NCBI GenBank assembly: GCA_022796475.1
Contig: JAAWIS010000001.1
Location: 22,219 to 86,218, forward strand
Source of the DNA: Lachnospiraceae bacterium
Lineage (GTDB): Bacteria > Bacillota > Clostridia > Lachnospirales > Lachnospiraceae
Length of the DNA stretch: 64,000 nt
Direction: 5' to 3'
This document shows, in pieces, positions 9,841 to 18,549 of this stretch. The translations under genes were made by a program, and so were the position numbers. Under the pieces are notes generated by a model. It ran no database searches, was not told where the DNA came from, and saw only the letters and a program-made list of their open reading frames with translations. How positions within the stretch are numbered: position 1 is the first letter of the stretch; every line of letters starts with the position of its first letter.

Positions 9841-10020
9841 GAATCTTCCACCTCTTTTCGCCTGTGCATTCTTACTTTTGGAAACAATCCATTCCGTTAC
9901 TCCTTTGGTTCAATCTTTGTTTCCCTTTTAAGACTTCCCAGAATGCCCATCAGCCTGTCTTCACACTTTATGGCAGAGCAGAAGAAAATATGCCTTATTC
10001 TTTTTGGATCATGTGGGCCT
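9841..10020 (-). promoter_or_regulatory. Long agcS leader, candidate glycine riboswitch
   Basis: About 180 nt lie between the upstream terminator and the agcS ATG. The minus-strand RNA contains CUGGGAAG...GAACCAAAGGAGUAAC...CACAGGCGAAAAGAGG. These resemble the glycine aptamer blocks CUGGAGAG...CACCGAAGGAGCAA...CAGGCAAAAGGAC. I could not fold a convincing P1, so confidence is low. Confidence 0.3.
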
Positions 10021-10027
10021 GAGAAGC

Positions 10028-10060
10028 AAAAAAGCTGCCGCTGATTTCTCAGCGTGCAGC
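10028..10060 (-). terminator. Rho-independent terminator after the PLC-like gene
   Basis: The minus-strand stem GCTGCACGCTGA / TCAGCGGCAGC has 11 bp, one bulged nucleotide and a GAAA loop (10034-10060). It is followed immediately by TTTTTT (10033-10028). Confidence 0.75.
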
Positions 10061-10148
10061 CTTTAATTGCTGTATTTTATAATATTGGGATATCGATCAG
10101 CGGACAAGAGGCTCCTGTTTGTGCACGAACCTTTTTATCCTGCTGTAC

Positions 10149-11129
10149 TTATAAATCGATTGCCGGAAGTCCGCTGTGGTAGGAATAATTTCCCAGTTCA
10201 TCCAAAAGAGCCGGAAAAACTTCCTCTTCCATGCCGGTTTTCGACAAGGCAGCATTCAGATAATAATATACCAGGCTGCATTTCCCCAGGCATTGGCGGA
10301 ATAGCTGCGGGAATGAAACGGTACTGGCTAAGGCATGATTCCACGGATTGCTCCACACCTGATGGGCCAGGTTTAAGCTTTCCCTTGGATTTTCCACTTC
10401 ATCCGTAACCAGCTTTTGAGATGCAACGGGATTCTTTAAAAAAATAGATTCTACAAAAGCAATTTTGCTTTTCTTCCTTCCCTGGGGGTCTGCCAACGTG
10501 CGGCATCCAAACCGCATCGCCAAAATCGACCGGTGAACCATCCGGGCGGAAACCTGATAGTTATTTTTATACGTCAGAGGATAGTAGGTTTCATTAATAC
10601 AGTCAGCCAAAAAACGTGAAATAAACTGGGTTTCCAGCCCATTTAAGCAAATAGTGGCCGCCTGGTTAAACTGGGAAGGCTTCTTTTGTTTATATTTGGC
10701 AAGAAGAAGGGCATCCAAATCATTTTCCAGAAGGGCATGGCACCCATGGGCATGGCTGGAAGGGTTTTTCGGATCATAATGGATCCGGCCGTACACATAG
10801 GGATGGCAAATATAATCGCCGATATAATGGCAGAAAAAGCCGGCCATATAAGCAATCCCTTGCTCCCGCTGCTGGCGGGATAAAATTGCAGACAAATGAT
10901 TTAAGCAGCAGGAAAAAAAGTCATTTACATGATGTTCATGCATATAGGATCCCACATTCCGATAGTCACGATGACGAAGAACCGGAATATTGTAGAAAAA
11001 CATATCAGGCCCCTGAAGGCCAAGCTGATAGAGCCAGCGGTATTTAGAAATAATATACTTTAGCTGGTTCATGGGAAGATCATTATACGCTTTCATCCCA
11101 AGAATGTAATGGGTTGTAAAACCGGGCAA
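10149..11129 (-). CDS. Zinc-dependent phospholipase C-like family protein (function uncertain)
   Basis: His-rich blocks (GFTTHYILG, GPDMFFY, SYMHEHH, FFCHYIGDYICHPYV) fit the Zn_dep_PLPC-like family. The start is probably the TTG at 11129, which has an AAGAGGTGG RBS 5 nt upstream. The track ORF extends to 11150. Confidence 0.5.
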   Translation of the reverse strand: MPGFTTHYILGMKAYNDLPMNQLKYIISKYRWLYQLGLQGPDMFFYNIPVLRHRDYRNVGSYMHEHHVNDFFSCCLNHLSAILSRQQREQGIAYMAGFFCHYIGDYICHPYVYGRIHYDPKNPSSHAHGCHALLENDLDALLLAKYKQKKPSQFNQAATICLNGLETQFISRFLADCINETYYPLTYKNNYQVSARMVHRSILAMRFGCRTLADPQGRKKSKIAFVESIFLKNPVASQKLVTDEVENPRESLNLAHQVWSNPWNHALASTVSFPQLFRQCLGKCSLVYYYLNAALSKTGMEEEVFPALLDELGNYSYHSGLPAIDL

Positions 11130-11272
11130 AAAGACCACCTCTTTTCTCAAAAATTAGCTGGTTTTAACTCTTTACATCCATTATATCATCCACGGGAATA
11201 AAATAACAGGAAAATAAATTCTTATTTATTTAAGAAAAATTGCTTCCTCAATTATAGTTCTTGCAGTGCCGA

Positions 11273-12433
11273 TTACTGAATTACCTGATCCCCATCCTTA
11301 ATGCATACATGGTAGCTTGCGCCTAGCTGTGCCATCCATCTTCTTGTTTCCAGTGTTTTCCAGTTTCCGGAATCCAATCCGCTTCCGCTGTCATTATTCC
11401 ACAGCCAGTCTGGCGTGGGCCATAAGCAGACTTCTGGGCGGAGCACTTGATAAACCTCCAGGCCCACGCCGTTTTGTCCGTGATGGGCCATCTGAAGGAT
11501 ATCGCATTTTAAAGCTTCCGGCTGGTTGTCCTCAATAAACTGCTTTCCTGTTTCCACTCCCATATCTCCGATAAACAGCGCCTTTTTCCCATTAATGTCC
11601 AGCATATACGCCACGGAACTATTGTTAATGGAATTATACGCCTGAAGATAAGGCTTATTCATCACTGTAATTTTCACATTATCAACCCAGATTTCCTGCC
11701 CTTTATAAATATCACCATGGAGTTTTTCCTGAGGAAGGGCAGCAAAGGTATTCATCAGCATTTCCACCATATCCGCCCGATAAGCTTCATATTCCTGATA
11801 CCAGCTTAAATCTGCAAATGAATAGTATATATGGTCTACTGTAATCCCGTATTCCGGATGGCTTAGAATATAGTTCAGTGCACCCACATGATCCGAATGG
11901 GGGTGGGTAACAAGCCAGGCATCTACATGCCCGCCCTTGGCTGCCAATGTTTCCATTAGATGAAGGGCATCTTCTTCCACGCCTCCGTCAATCATAATAA
12001 GCTTTCCCTGATTTGTTTCCACAAGAACAGAAAGCATCTGGCTTGCTGTCTGGTTTGCCAGAAGGGTCATCTTAGATCCTCCCAAGTACCCGGTAATTGG
12101 GACAGATACGGTAGTAACCGGATCGTAAATTTCTCCGCCTGGCCCCGTTTTCGGGCGTCCGGATCCGGAAGAATGAATTACCCGGTTTCCTGATTTTTCC
12201 GGTTCCGATGCTTGTGTATTGGCAGAATTCCACTGGGAACCGGAGGCGTTTCCTTCCACGGCTGTTTCAAAGCCCTGCTTTTTTATTATAAGCCCCTCAG
12301 GAATCATCCCTTCCGCTGCTTGTCCGTAAGGTTCAGTAAGTGTGTTTTTTAACGTCTGGTATCCGGCTGGAATCATTATGGTGCAGGCCAGCAGGATACA
12401 GGCTGCCTTTGCAGACTGAAGCCATCGATTCAT
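11273..12433 (-). CDS. Secreted MBL-fold metallo-hydrolase (ComEC C-terminal-domain-like)
   Basis: N-terminal signal/anchor segment, then the metallo-beta-lactamase motif LVTHPHSDHVGAL and the downstream block MAHHGQNGV. Confidence 0.7.
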   Translation of the reverse strand: MNRWLQSAKAACILLACTIMIPAGYQTLKNTLTEPYGQAAEGMIPEGLIIKKQGFETAVEGNASGSQWNSANTQASEPEKSGNRVIHSSGSGRPKTGPGGEIYDPVTTVSVPITGYLGGSKMTLLANQTASQMLSVLVETNQGKLIMIDGGVEEDALHLMETLAAKGGHVDAWLVTHPHSDHVGALNYILSHPEYGITVDHIYYSFADLSWYQEYEAYRADMVEMLMNTFAALPQEKLHGDIYKGQEIWVDNVKITVMNKPYLQAYNSINNSSVAYMLDINGKKALFIGDMGVETGKQFIEDNQPEALKCDILQMAHHGQNGVGLEVYQVLRPEVCLWPTPDWLWNNDSGSGLDSGNWKTLETRRWMAQLGASYHVCIKDGDQVIQ

Positions 12434-12447
12434 CGTTTTATCCCTCT

Positions 12448-12957
12448 CTATTCATTTGATACTGGGGTAATCGGTGTATGTGCCCCTGCCGGAACTGTCA
12501 TGTTAACCAGCCAGGTAGTTTCATCTTCGTTCGTTTCACTTGGAATCACCTGGATTGTAAATCCATACTCATCAAAAAATCCGCCAAAGCTGTTTTCATC
12601 TGATAATGCCACAGAATTATCCTGGATCGCAATAGAATCATTAATATGGCGGATTAAATCAGCTCCATACCTGGCGGCTGTTTCCCCGTCGATTGTACCT
12701 TCTACAAATAACTGAGCTACAATCATCTTTTCCTCATCCCGGTGGGCATAATTAAAAGTTACAACCTCCGGATATTCATCATATTCATAATAACCTGCAA
12801 GATCATCGTTGACCTGCTTCCACTCTAATACCACATTTTCCACTGTGGAAAAATCTGGCTGAGGCTTCACTTCTGGATCCAAAATATTACTTTTGGTACA
12901 CCCGGCAGACAAAATGATTACGCAGCTTAATGCCGCTGCAAAAAGCTTCTTTTTCAT
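12448..12957 (-). CDS. Lipoprotein, unknown function
   Basis: Signal peptide with lipobox (MKKKLFAAALSCVIILSAG/C). No recognisable domain. Confidence 0.6.
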   Translation of the reverse strand: MKKKLFAAALSCVIILSAGCTKSNILDPEVKPQPDFSTVENVVLEWKQVNDDLAGYYEYDEYPEVVTFNYAHRDEEKMIVAQLFVEGTIDGETAARYGADLIRHINDSIAIQDNSVALSDENSFGGFFDEYGFTIQVIPSETNEDETTWLVNMTVPAGAHTPITPVSNE

Positions 12958-13094
12958 ATTTTACTTCCTTTCCTGCTTTCATGGTAAATTAGCTTCGAAT
13001 TTTTTAATGCCATAACAATAGTGTATTATATCCGAACAGACCTTTTTTGGGTAGGGTTTTCGGTAAATTGTCAGAAAATCTTCACAAATTTCCC

Positions 13095-13123
13095 TTGCTT
13101 TTTTTTTCGAACGGTGCTATTAT
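13095..13123 (+). promoter_or_regulatory. Promoter of the BCCT transporter gene
   Basis: TTGCTT (13095-13100), a 17-nt spacer containing most of a T9 run, an extended -10 TGC, then TATTAT (13118-13123). An AAGAGGAGG RBS lies 5 nt before the ATG at 13178. Confidence 0.55.
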
Positions 13124-13177
13124 GTTCAATACAGTTTTATTTTATTATTTTTTGAACAAAAAAAAGAGGAGGCTTCT

Positions 13178-14728
13178 ATGAAACAGAATTCCCATTATCC
13201 AGATAGTGCACCAAAATTCCTTGCCAAACAACTTGACTGGGTTACTACTTTAATTCCCCTTGCCGTGGTAATTCTTTTATGTATCCTCTTTCTTCTCTGC
13301 CCAAAAGGATCCACTCAGGTTTTAAACTCCATCCGCTTTTTTCTCGGGGATCAGTTAGGCAGCTATTATCTTGTAGTCGGGCTTGGCGTATTTTTCTGTT
13401 CCCTTTATATTGCTTTTTCCCGGTACGGCCAAATTAAGTTAGGAAACACCGCGCAGCCAGACTACTCTTCTTTTCAATGGGGATCTATGATGTTTACTGC
13501 CGGCCTTGCAGCCGATATTCTATTTTACTCACTCTGTGAGTGGATGCTGTATGCAGGCGAACCTCATATAGCAGAAATGGGTTCCATGCAGGACTGGGCT
13601 TCTACCTATCCTTTATTTCACTGGGGGCCTATTCCCTGGTGTTTTTACCTGGTTTTAGCTGTAGCCTTCGGCTTTATGCTTCATGTCCGCAGACGAACGA
13701 AACAAAAATATTCGGAAGCCTTACGGCCTCTTTTGGGAAAAAAAGTGGATCAGGCGCCTGGGCGTTTCATCGATCTGATTGCTGTTGTGGCTCTGCTTGC
13801 CGGAACTGCAACTACCTTTTCCCTTGCAACCCCCTTACTTTCCTTATCATTAAGCAAGGTGTTCCATATCCCTCAGTCCAACTTCCTTACCATAGCTATC
13901 TTACTGATCATCGGTACGGTCTATACCATCACCGTGTATTTTGGTATGAAAGGAATAGCAAAGCTGGCTTCCTCCTGCACCTATCTGTTTTTCGCACTGC
14001 TGCTGTATGTTCTGATTGGAGGCGGGCAGGCCAGGTACATTATTGAAACCGGCATTACCTCAGTAGGGAACTTAGCACAGAATTTCATCGGCTTATCCAC
14101 CTGGACTGATTCCCTGCGGACCTCTTCCTTCCCCCAGACCTGGACGATTTTTTACTGGGCTTATTGGATGGTATGGTGTGTGGCTACCCCCTTTTTTATC
14201 GGCTCCATCAGCCGCGGCAGAACCATTCGCCAAACCATCTTAGGAGGGTATTTCTGGGGCCTGTCCGGCACCTTTACTTCATTTATTATCCTGGGAAACC
14301 ATGGCCTCGGGCTGCAAGTCCATCAGAAACTGGATCTTCTCGGGTTCTACGAAACCTCCCAGGATTTGTATCAATCCATCCTTTTGATTTTTGACACTTT
14401 GCCTTTTAGCAAAGCAGGGCTGATTCTTCTGGCAGTAACTATGATTGCCTTTTATTCTACTTCTTTTGATGCACTTACAATGGTAGCATCTGCCTATTCC
14501 TACAAAGAATTAAAGGACAACGAAGAGCCTGCCAAAGGAGTAAAGTTATTTTGGGCTATCCTGCTGATACTATTTCCCATTGCCCTGATTTTTAATGACA
14601 GCTCCATGGCAAATTTACAGACTGTATCCATTATTGCAGCATTTCCCATCGGATTTATAATCCTAATGATTATTATAAGCTTTTTCCGGGATGCCAAACA
14701 GTATCTAAGCGAAACTTCGATTCGGTAA
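13178..14728 (+). CDS. BCCT-family (betaine/carnitine/choline) transporter
   Basis: 516-aa polytopic protein with the BCCT tryptophan-rich signature WTIFYWAYWMVWCVATPFFIGSISRGRTIRQ. Confidence 0.9.
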   Translation: MKQNSHYPDSAPKFLAKQLDWVTTLIPLAVVILLCILFLLCPKGSTQVLNSIRFFLGDQLGSYYLVVGLGVFFCSLYIAFSRYGQIKLGNTAQPDYSSFQWGSMMFTAGLAADILFYSLCEWMLYAGEPHIAEMGSMQDWASTYPLFHWGPIPWCFYLVLAVAFGFMLHVRRRTKQKYSEALRPLLGKKVDQAPGRFIDLIAVVALLAGTATTFSLATPLLSLSLSKVFHIPQSNFLTIAILLIIGTVYTITVYFGMKGIAKLASSCTYLFFALLLYVLIGGGQARYIIETGITSVGNLAQNFIGLSTWTDSLRTSSFPQTWTIFYWAYWMVWCVATPFFIGSISRGRTIRQTILGGYFWGLSGTFTSFIILGNHGLGLQVHQKLDLLGFYETSQDLYQSILLIFDTLPFSKAGLILLAVTMIAFYSTSFDALTMVASAYSYKELKDNEEPAKGVKLFWAILLILFPIALIFNDSSMANLQTVSIIAAFPIGFIILMIIISFFRDAKQYLSETSIR

Positions 14729-14756
14729 CTGTTTTAGAAGTACAAAACGTAAAAAA

Positions 14757-14775
14757 GAGTCCGGCTTGCGGACTC
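14757..14775. terminator. Hairpin in the convergent gap between the BCCT and HPr-like genes
   Basis: GAGTCCG-GCTTG-CGGACTC is preceded by A6 on the plus strand, which gives a U-tract if read on the minus strand. A second small GC hairpin, CGCGC-CGGA-GCGCG, follows. Confidence 0.45.
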
Positions 14776-14807
14776 TCGCGCCGGAGCGCGTCTTCGTCAG
14801 CAGGCAG

Positions 14808-14839
14808 TAAAAAACGGCATAGCCAACGCTGTGCCGTTT
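14808..14839. terminator. Bidirectional-looking terminator hairpin
   Basis: AAAAAACGGCA-TAGCCAACGCTG-TGCCGTTT. The stem is flanked by an A-run on one side and a T-run on the other, and sits between the convergent genes ending at 14728 (+) and 14899 (-). Confidence 0.6.
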
Positions 14840-14898
14840 CTGAAAATACTTTTAATACTGTCTTATTCGTGCCACCCTTATGGCAGTCATATCTGTTT

Positions 14899-15147
14899 CT
14901 AAAGTTCCAATGCCTTTTTTAACTTGTTTCCAGCCGCAACTTCGTCTGCTCCATTCAGATAAAAGACGAGCCGATTTCCCTGCGGATTCCAATCACGCTT
15001 CATCTGGTTGTAATCTTTGGCATTAATCCGCATATCCGTTTCCTGAATATACACCTCACAGGAACACTGCTGTGCAATTCGGATAATATAAGAAATCGGC
15101 AATGGACGTGTAGAGCGTGCTGTAATGTCAACTTGCTTCGATAACAT
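14899..15147 (-). CDS. HPr-like small protein with both phospho-sites replaced
   Basis: 82 aa from MLSKQVDITARSTRPLP..., with a GGGGTGG RBS 6 nt upstream. By eye it aligns to PTS HPr. In place of GIHARPA it has RSTRPLP (no His15). In place of NLKSIMG it has NAKDYNQ (Ser46 replaced by Asp). The GADE...A...L end block is conserved as NGADEVAAGNKLKKAL. Confidence 0.45.
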   Translation of the reverse strand: MLSKQVDITARSTRPLPISYIIRIAQQCSCEVYIQETDMRINAKDYNQMKRDWNPQGNRLVFYLNGADEVAAGNKLKKALEL

Positions 15148-15226
15148 ATTACACCACCCCGTTCCAAAACGAACCAATTGATTAATAAGTTCCCCCTTTA
15201 AGTACTTATCCCCCTAAATTGTTTTT

Positions 15227-15255
15227 AGTATACTCTTTTTTTTGTGGATCTTCAA
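15227..15255 (-). promoter_or_regulatory. Promoter of the HPr-like gene
   Basis: Minus-strand TTGAAG (15255-15250), a 17-nt spacer with an A8 run, then TATACT (15232-15227). It lies in a strongly AT-rich 180-nt gap. Confidence 0.45.
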
Positions 15256-15359
15256 TATGTAATTTTAAATTTTTGTGTGAATTTACAAAAATTTTAGAAT
15301 TTATCTGTGCAAGTTTTTTACTATTTTGTCAATTTTCAAAAAATGGAAAATATATCCTT

Positions 15360-16316
15360 TTAATTTTCCTTTTTTTGGATAATATTTTTCGTATCCGATA
15401 CAATGTAAACTGGCCGATCTTTTAATTCTGTAAATAATACGGCAATATATTCTCCGATAATTCCTACAACAACAAACAGCATGGCAAACATAAAACAGAT
15501 CAGTACCACAATAGTAGCATAGCCGCTTGGCGCCCCTTTTCTGGTACATAATGTGTAAATCATTACTGCCAGCCCCAACAGGGCGGAAAACATGCCTGCA
15601 TAAATCCCAAGTTTTAAGGGCATATTAGAAAAGCATAAAATAGTATTCACAGAAAACGCAAACAGTTTCTTCAGGCTGTATTTGCTTTTCCCGGCTACTC
15701 TGGCCCTGGCTTCATAAGACAATGTGGTTTTGCGAAAACCTATAATCTGTACATACCCACGCAAAAAACGAACTTTCTCCCTGCAGCATGTGCGCAGTAC
15801 CTGGGCAGCAGCCTGATCTACAGCAAAAAAATCGGAAGCATTGGGTTCAAAATGCACGTCTGATATGGCATTAATCAGGCGGTAAAAAGCTGCTGACGTA
15901 ATATTTTTAATCATGCCAGCATCTTCATTTTTGGTTCTGACCATATTAATCACCTGATATCCCTGTTCAAAGCATTCCGTGATTTTCGGAAGGCATTCTG
16001 GCGGATGCTGCAGATCTGCATCCATACATACCACGCCATGGCCGCAGCTATAGTCCAAACCTGCGATCATAGCAGCTTCATGTCCAAAATTTCTGGAAAA
16101 ATTAATTACTTTTACCCTGGAATCACACTGGGAAAACTGCTCCAAAATAGACAGGCTTTTATCCTGGCTTCCGTCATTTACAAATATCAGTTCGTAGTCC
16201 CAGTCAAGATCCGTCAAAACCCGGCTGGCTTCCCGGTAAAATTCCGGCAGCGCCGGTTCTTCATTATACACCGACACTACCACGGAAAGCAGCCTTTCCT
16301 GCTCTGCCTCCTGCAT
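15360..16316 (-). CDS. GT2 polyprenyl-phosphate glycosyltransferase (GtrB/CsbB/ArnC-like, with C-terminal TM helices)
   Basis: GT2 core (LSVVVSVYNEE, FVNDGSQD, DADLQHPP) plus two C-terminal transmembrane helices. This is the GtrB architecture. Confidence 0.85.
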   Translation of the reverse strand: MQEAEQERLLSVVVSVYNEEPALPEFYREASRVLTDLDWDYELIFVNDGSQDKSLSILEQFSQCDSRVKVINFSRNFGHEAAMIAGLDYSCGHGVVCMDADLQHPPECLPKITECFEQGYQVINMVRTKNEDAGMIKNITSAAFYRLINAISDVHFEPNASDFFAVDQAAAQVLRTCCREKVRFLRGYVQIIGFRKTTLSYEARARVAGKSKYSLKKLFAFSVNTILCFSNMPLKLGIYAGMFSALLGLAVMIYTLCTRKGAPSGYATIVVLICFMFAMLFVVVGIIGEYIAVLFTELKDRPVYIVSDTKNIIQKKEN

Positions 16317-16344
16317 TAATCATTCCTGTCCTTTCTGAATTTTC

Positions 16345-17187
16345 TCAGTTTCCTTCCTCTTCTACCTGGATCTCCACAGTAGCATGACTTGGTTTTCGCT
16401 GCTCTTTAGGCGGAAGTTTCTGGTAATCGCCATAAACTAAGGTCAGCACCTGATGCCATCCTTTGGGGCACATAAGGCTGGTATCCTCAAATGGAAGGGA
16501 TACGGTTTCCGTACTCCAGCAGCGCTTTAACGTAACATAAAGATAATCCGGCTGATAATTGCTGTAATACAGCCTCTTTGTTTTCTTTTTCTTATCCTTT
16601 ACCGCACATGTATGCTGCAGCTTTAAAATCCACTTCATAGGAATGATTCGCCCTATGGCGGCCAGGCACCCTACTACAGCTTTTTGAGGCATACTGTACT
16701 TTTTGTAGTCCAGACGGTAACGGTGTCCCATAGCCAGGCCGTAAATCCCAGCCTGAAGCCCCTTGGCAATCATCGCCCCAAAGCGACCATCCGGAAGTGC
16801 ATCCAGCACAAACAGATCAACCCAAAGATGATTCAGCTTCCCGTCATAAAATGCCGTTTCACCGTCTTCCTTATGAATCCGGCTGTTTTTATAGATAATT
16901 CTCGGCGTAAAGTCATAAAAACCCTTCCCGCCATGAAACGTTCCCGGCATTACCAGCTCCATCTTTGCCGGCAGCTCCCGGGGAACTACCTTCAAAAAAG
17001 CTTCAAAATTAGCCCGGGTCATAGCTACGTCCGCATCGTCATCCCATGGAATAAACCCCTGATGCCGTACTGCTCCAATCAGCGTTCCTGCATCTAACAC
17101 ATATTTTAATTGATATTTTTTGCAAATCCTGTGGATTTCCTTTAAAATCTCCAAATGAGCCTGGTGAACCTTTGTTAAATCATGCAT
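16345..17187 (-). CDS. licD: LicD-family phosphotransferase
   Basis: LDAGTLIGAVRHQGFIPWDDDADVAM and the downstream LWVDLFVLD block are the LicD nucleotidyltransferase-fold motifs. Confidence 0.85.
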   Translation of the reverse strand: MHDLTKVHQAHLEILKEIHRICKKYQLKYVLDAGTLIGAVRHQGFIPWDDDADVAMTRANFEAFLKVVPRELPAKMELVMPGTFHGGKGFYDFTPRIIYKNSRIHKEDGETAFYDGKLNHLWVDLFVLDALPDGRFGAMIAKGLQAGIYGLAMGHRYRLDYKKYSMPQKAVVGCLAAIGRIIPMKWILKLQHTCAVKDKKKKTKRLYYSNYQPDYLYVTLKRCWSTETVSLPFEDTSLMCPKGWHQVLTLVYGDYQKLPPKEQRKPSHATVEIQVEEEGN

Positions 17188-17202
17188 AAATACATCTCCA
17201 TC

Positions 17203-18549
17203 TTATCTGGTGCCGCCTACTGCTTCCCGGATCACTTTTGCCATGTAGTCGATCATTTCATCGGTCATACCCGGGTACAGGCCTACCCAGAAGGAATCTT
17301 TCATAATCTGATCCGTTACTGCCAGATCCCCAACAATCCGATAGCCTTTCCCCTCAGCCCGCATTTGATCAAAACATGGATGCCTGGTCAGATTGCCTGC
17401 AAACAGCATCCTGGTCTGAACCCCTTTTTCTTCGATAAAAGGAACAACCTGGTTCCGATCCACACCTTCCCTTAAGGTAATCAGGAAGCCAAACCAACTG
17501 GGATGGGAACCTGCACATGCCTCTGGGAGGATCAGCTTTTCTTCTGTACCGGCAAGCGCTGCATAAAGCCGGTCAAAATTATAACGGCGGCGCTTTACAA
17601 AATCAGGGAATTTTTCCAACTGAGCACAGCCAATAGCTGCCTGCATATCGGTTGCTTTCAAATTATATCCGAAATGAGAGTAAACGTACTTGTGATCATA
17701 GCCTAACGGCAGCTCTCCATACTGACGGTCAAACCGATGACCGCACAAATTATCACGGCCGGAAGGGCAGGAACAGTCACGTCCCCAGTCACGGAAGGAA
17801 CGGATAATCTTATGGAGCAGCGGGTTGTCGGTGTAAACAGCACCCCCTTCTCCCATGGTCATATGATGGGGCGGATAAAAGCTGGAAGTTCCAATATCAC
17901 CAATGGTTCCTGTTAATTTCGTTTCCCCGTGATACTGGTAAAGGCTTCCAAGAGCATCACAGTTATCTTCTACCAGCCACAAATTATGAGCATGGCAAAA
18001 ATCCTTTACTGCCGTCAGATCAAAGGGGTTCCCAAGAGTATGGGCCAGCATAACTGCTTTTGTTTTTTCTGACAAGGCCTGTTCTAAGCAGGCTGTATCA
18101 ATATTATACTGGGGGATGGTTACATCCACAAATACCGGAACAGCGCCGTACTGGATCATCGGCGTAACCGTAGTCGGAAACCCGGCGGCTACGGTAATCA
18201 CTTCATCTCCTCTCCGGATCTGCCTGTCGCCTAAAAGCGGTGAGGTCAGCGCCATAAAGGCAGCTAAATTAGCAGAAGAACCAGAATTTACCACGGAGCA
18301 ATACCTTACCTTCAGATATTCGGCAAGTTTTTTCTCAAACGTATCTGTAAAGCGCCCGGAAGTAAGCCAGAATTCTAAGGAGGAATCTACCAGGTTTACC
18401 ATCTCTTTTTCATCATACACCCGGGAAGCGTAAGGGATTCTCTCTCCCTCTTTAAAACTGCTTTTTTTATTATGAAATGTTTTGCAGTACTCTGCCACTT
18501 GATTTAAGATTTCACAGCGGGCCTGCTGTTCTGTCATATGTTCAAACAT
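17203..18549 (-). CDS. rfbH: CDP-4-keto-6-deoxy-D-glucose 3-dehydrase (E1; RfbH/DdhC)
   Basis: Collinear with Salmonella RfbH as I remember it (WLTSGRF, GDEVITVAAGFPTTV, FRDWGRDC, GYDHKY.YSH.GYNLK.TDMQAA, PSWFGF, TR.LFAGNL). The active site reads SFYPPHHMTMGEGG, with His where aminotransferases carry Lys. A C-X1-C-X7-C motif (CSCPSGRDNLC) is present. The start is uncertain: 18549 is preferred, and the track gives 18573. Confidence 0.9.
   Translation of the reverse strand: MFEHMTEQQARCEILNQVAEYCKTFHNKKSSFKEGERIPYASRVYDEKEMVNLVDSSLEFWLTSGRFTDTFEKKLAEYLKVRYCSVVNSGSSANLAAFMALTSPLLGDRQIRRGDEVITVAAGFPTTVTPMIQYGAVPVFVDVTIPQYNIDTACLEQALSEKTKAVMLAHTLGNPFDLTAVKDFCHAHNLWLVEDNCDALGSLYQYHGETKLTGTIGDIGTSSFYPPHHMTMGEGGAVYTDNPLLHKIIRSFRDWGRDCSCPSGRDNLCGHRFDRQYGELPLGYDHKYVYSHFGYNLKATDMQAAIGCAQLEKFPDFVKRRRYNFDRLYAALAGTEEKLILPEACAGSHPSWFGFLITLREGVDRNQVVPFIEEKGVQTRMLFAGNLTRHPCFDQMRAEGKGYRIVGDLAVTDQIMKDSFWVGLYPGMTDEMIDYMAKVIREAVGGTR

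Noticed and set aside
13101-13107. The T9 run in the BCCT promoter spacer (full run 13099-13107, T7 within the spacer) and the A8 run in the HPr-like promoter spacer (15236-15243), considered as phase-variable promoter spacers.
   Set aside because: The runs are short and typical of AT-rich intergenic DNA. Present spacing is already the optimal 17 nt. No evidence of variation is available from a single sequence.
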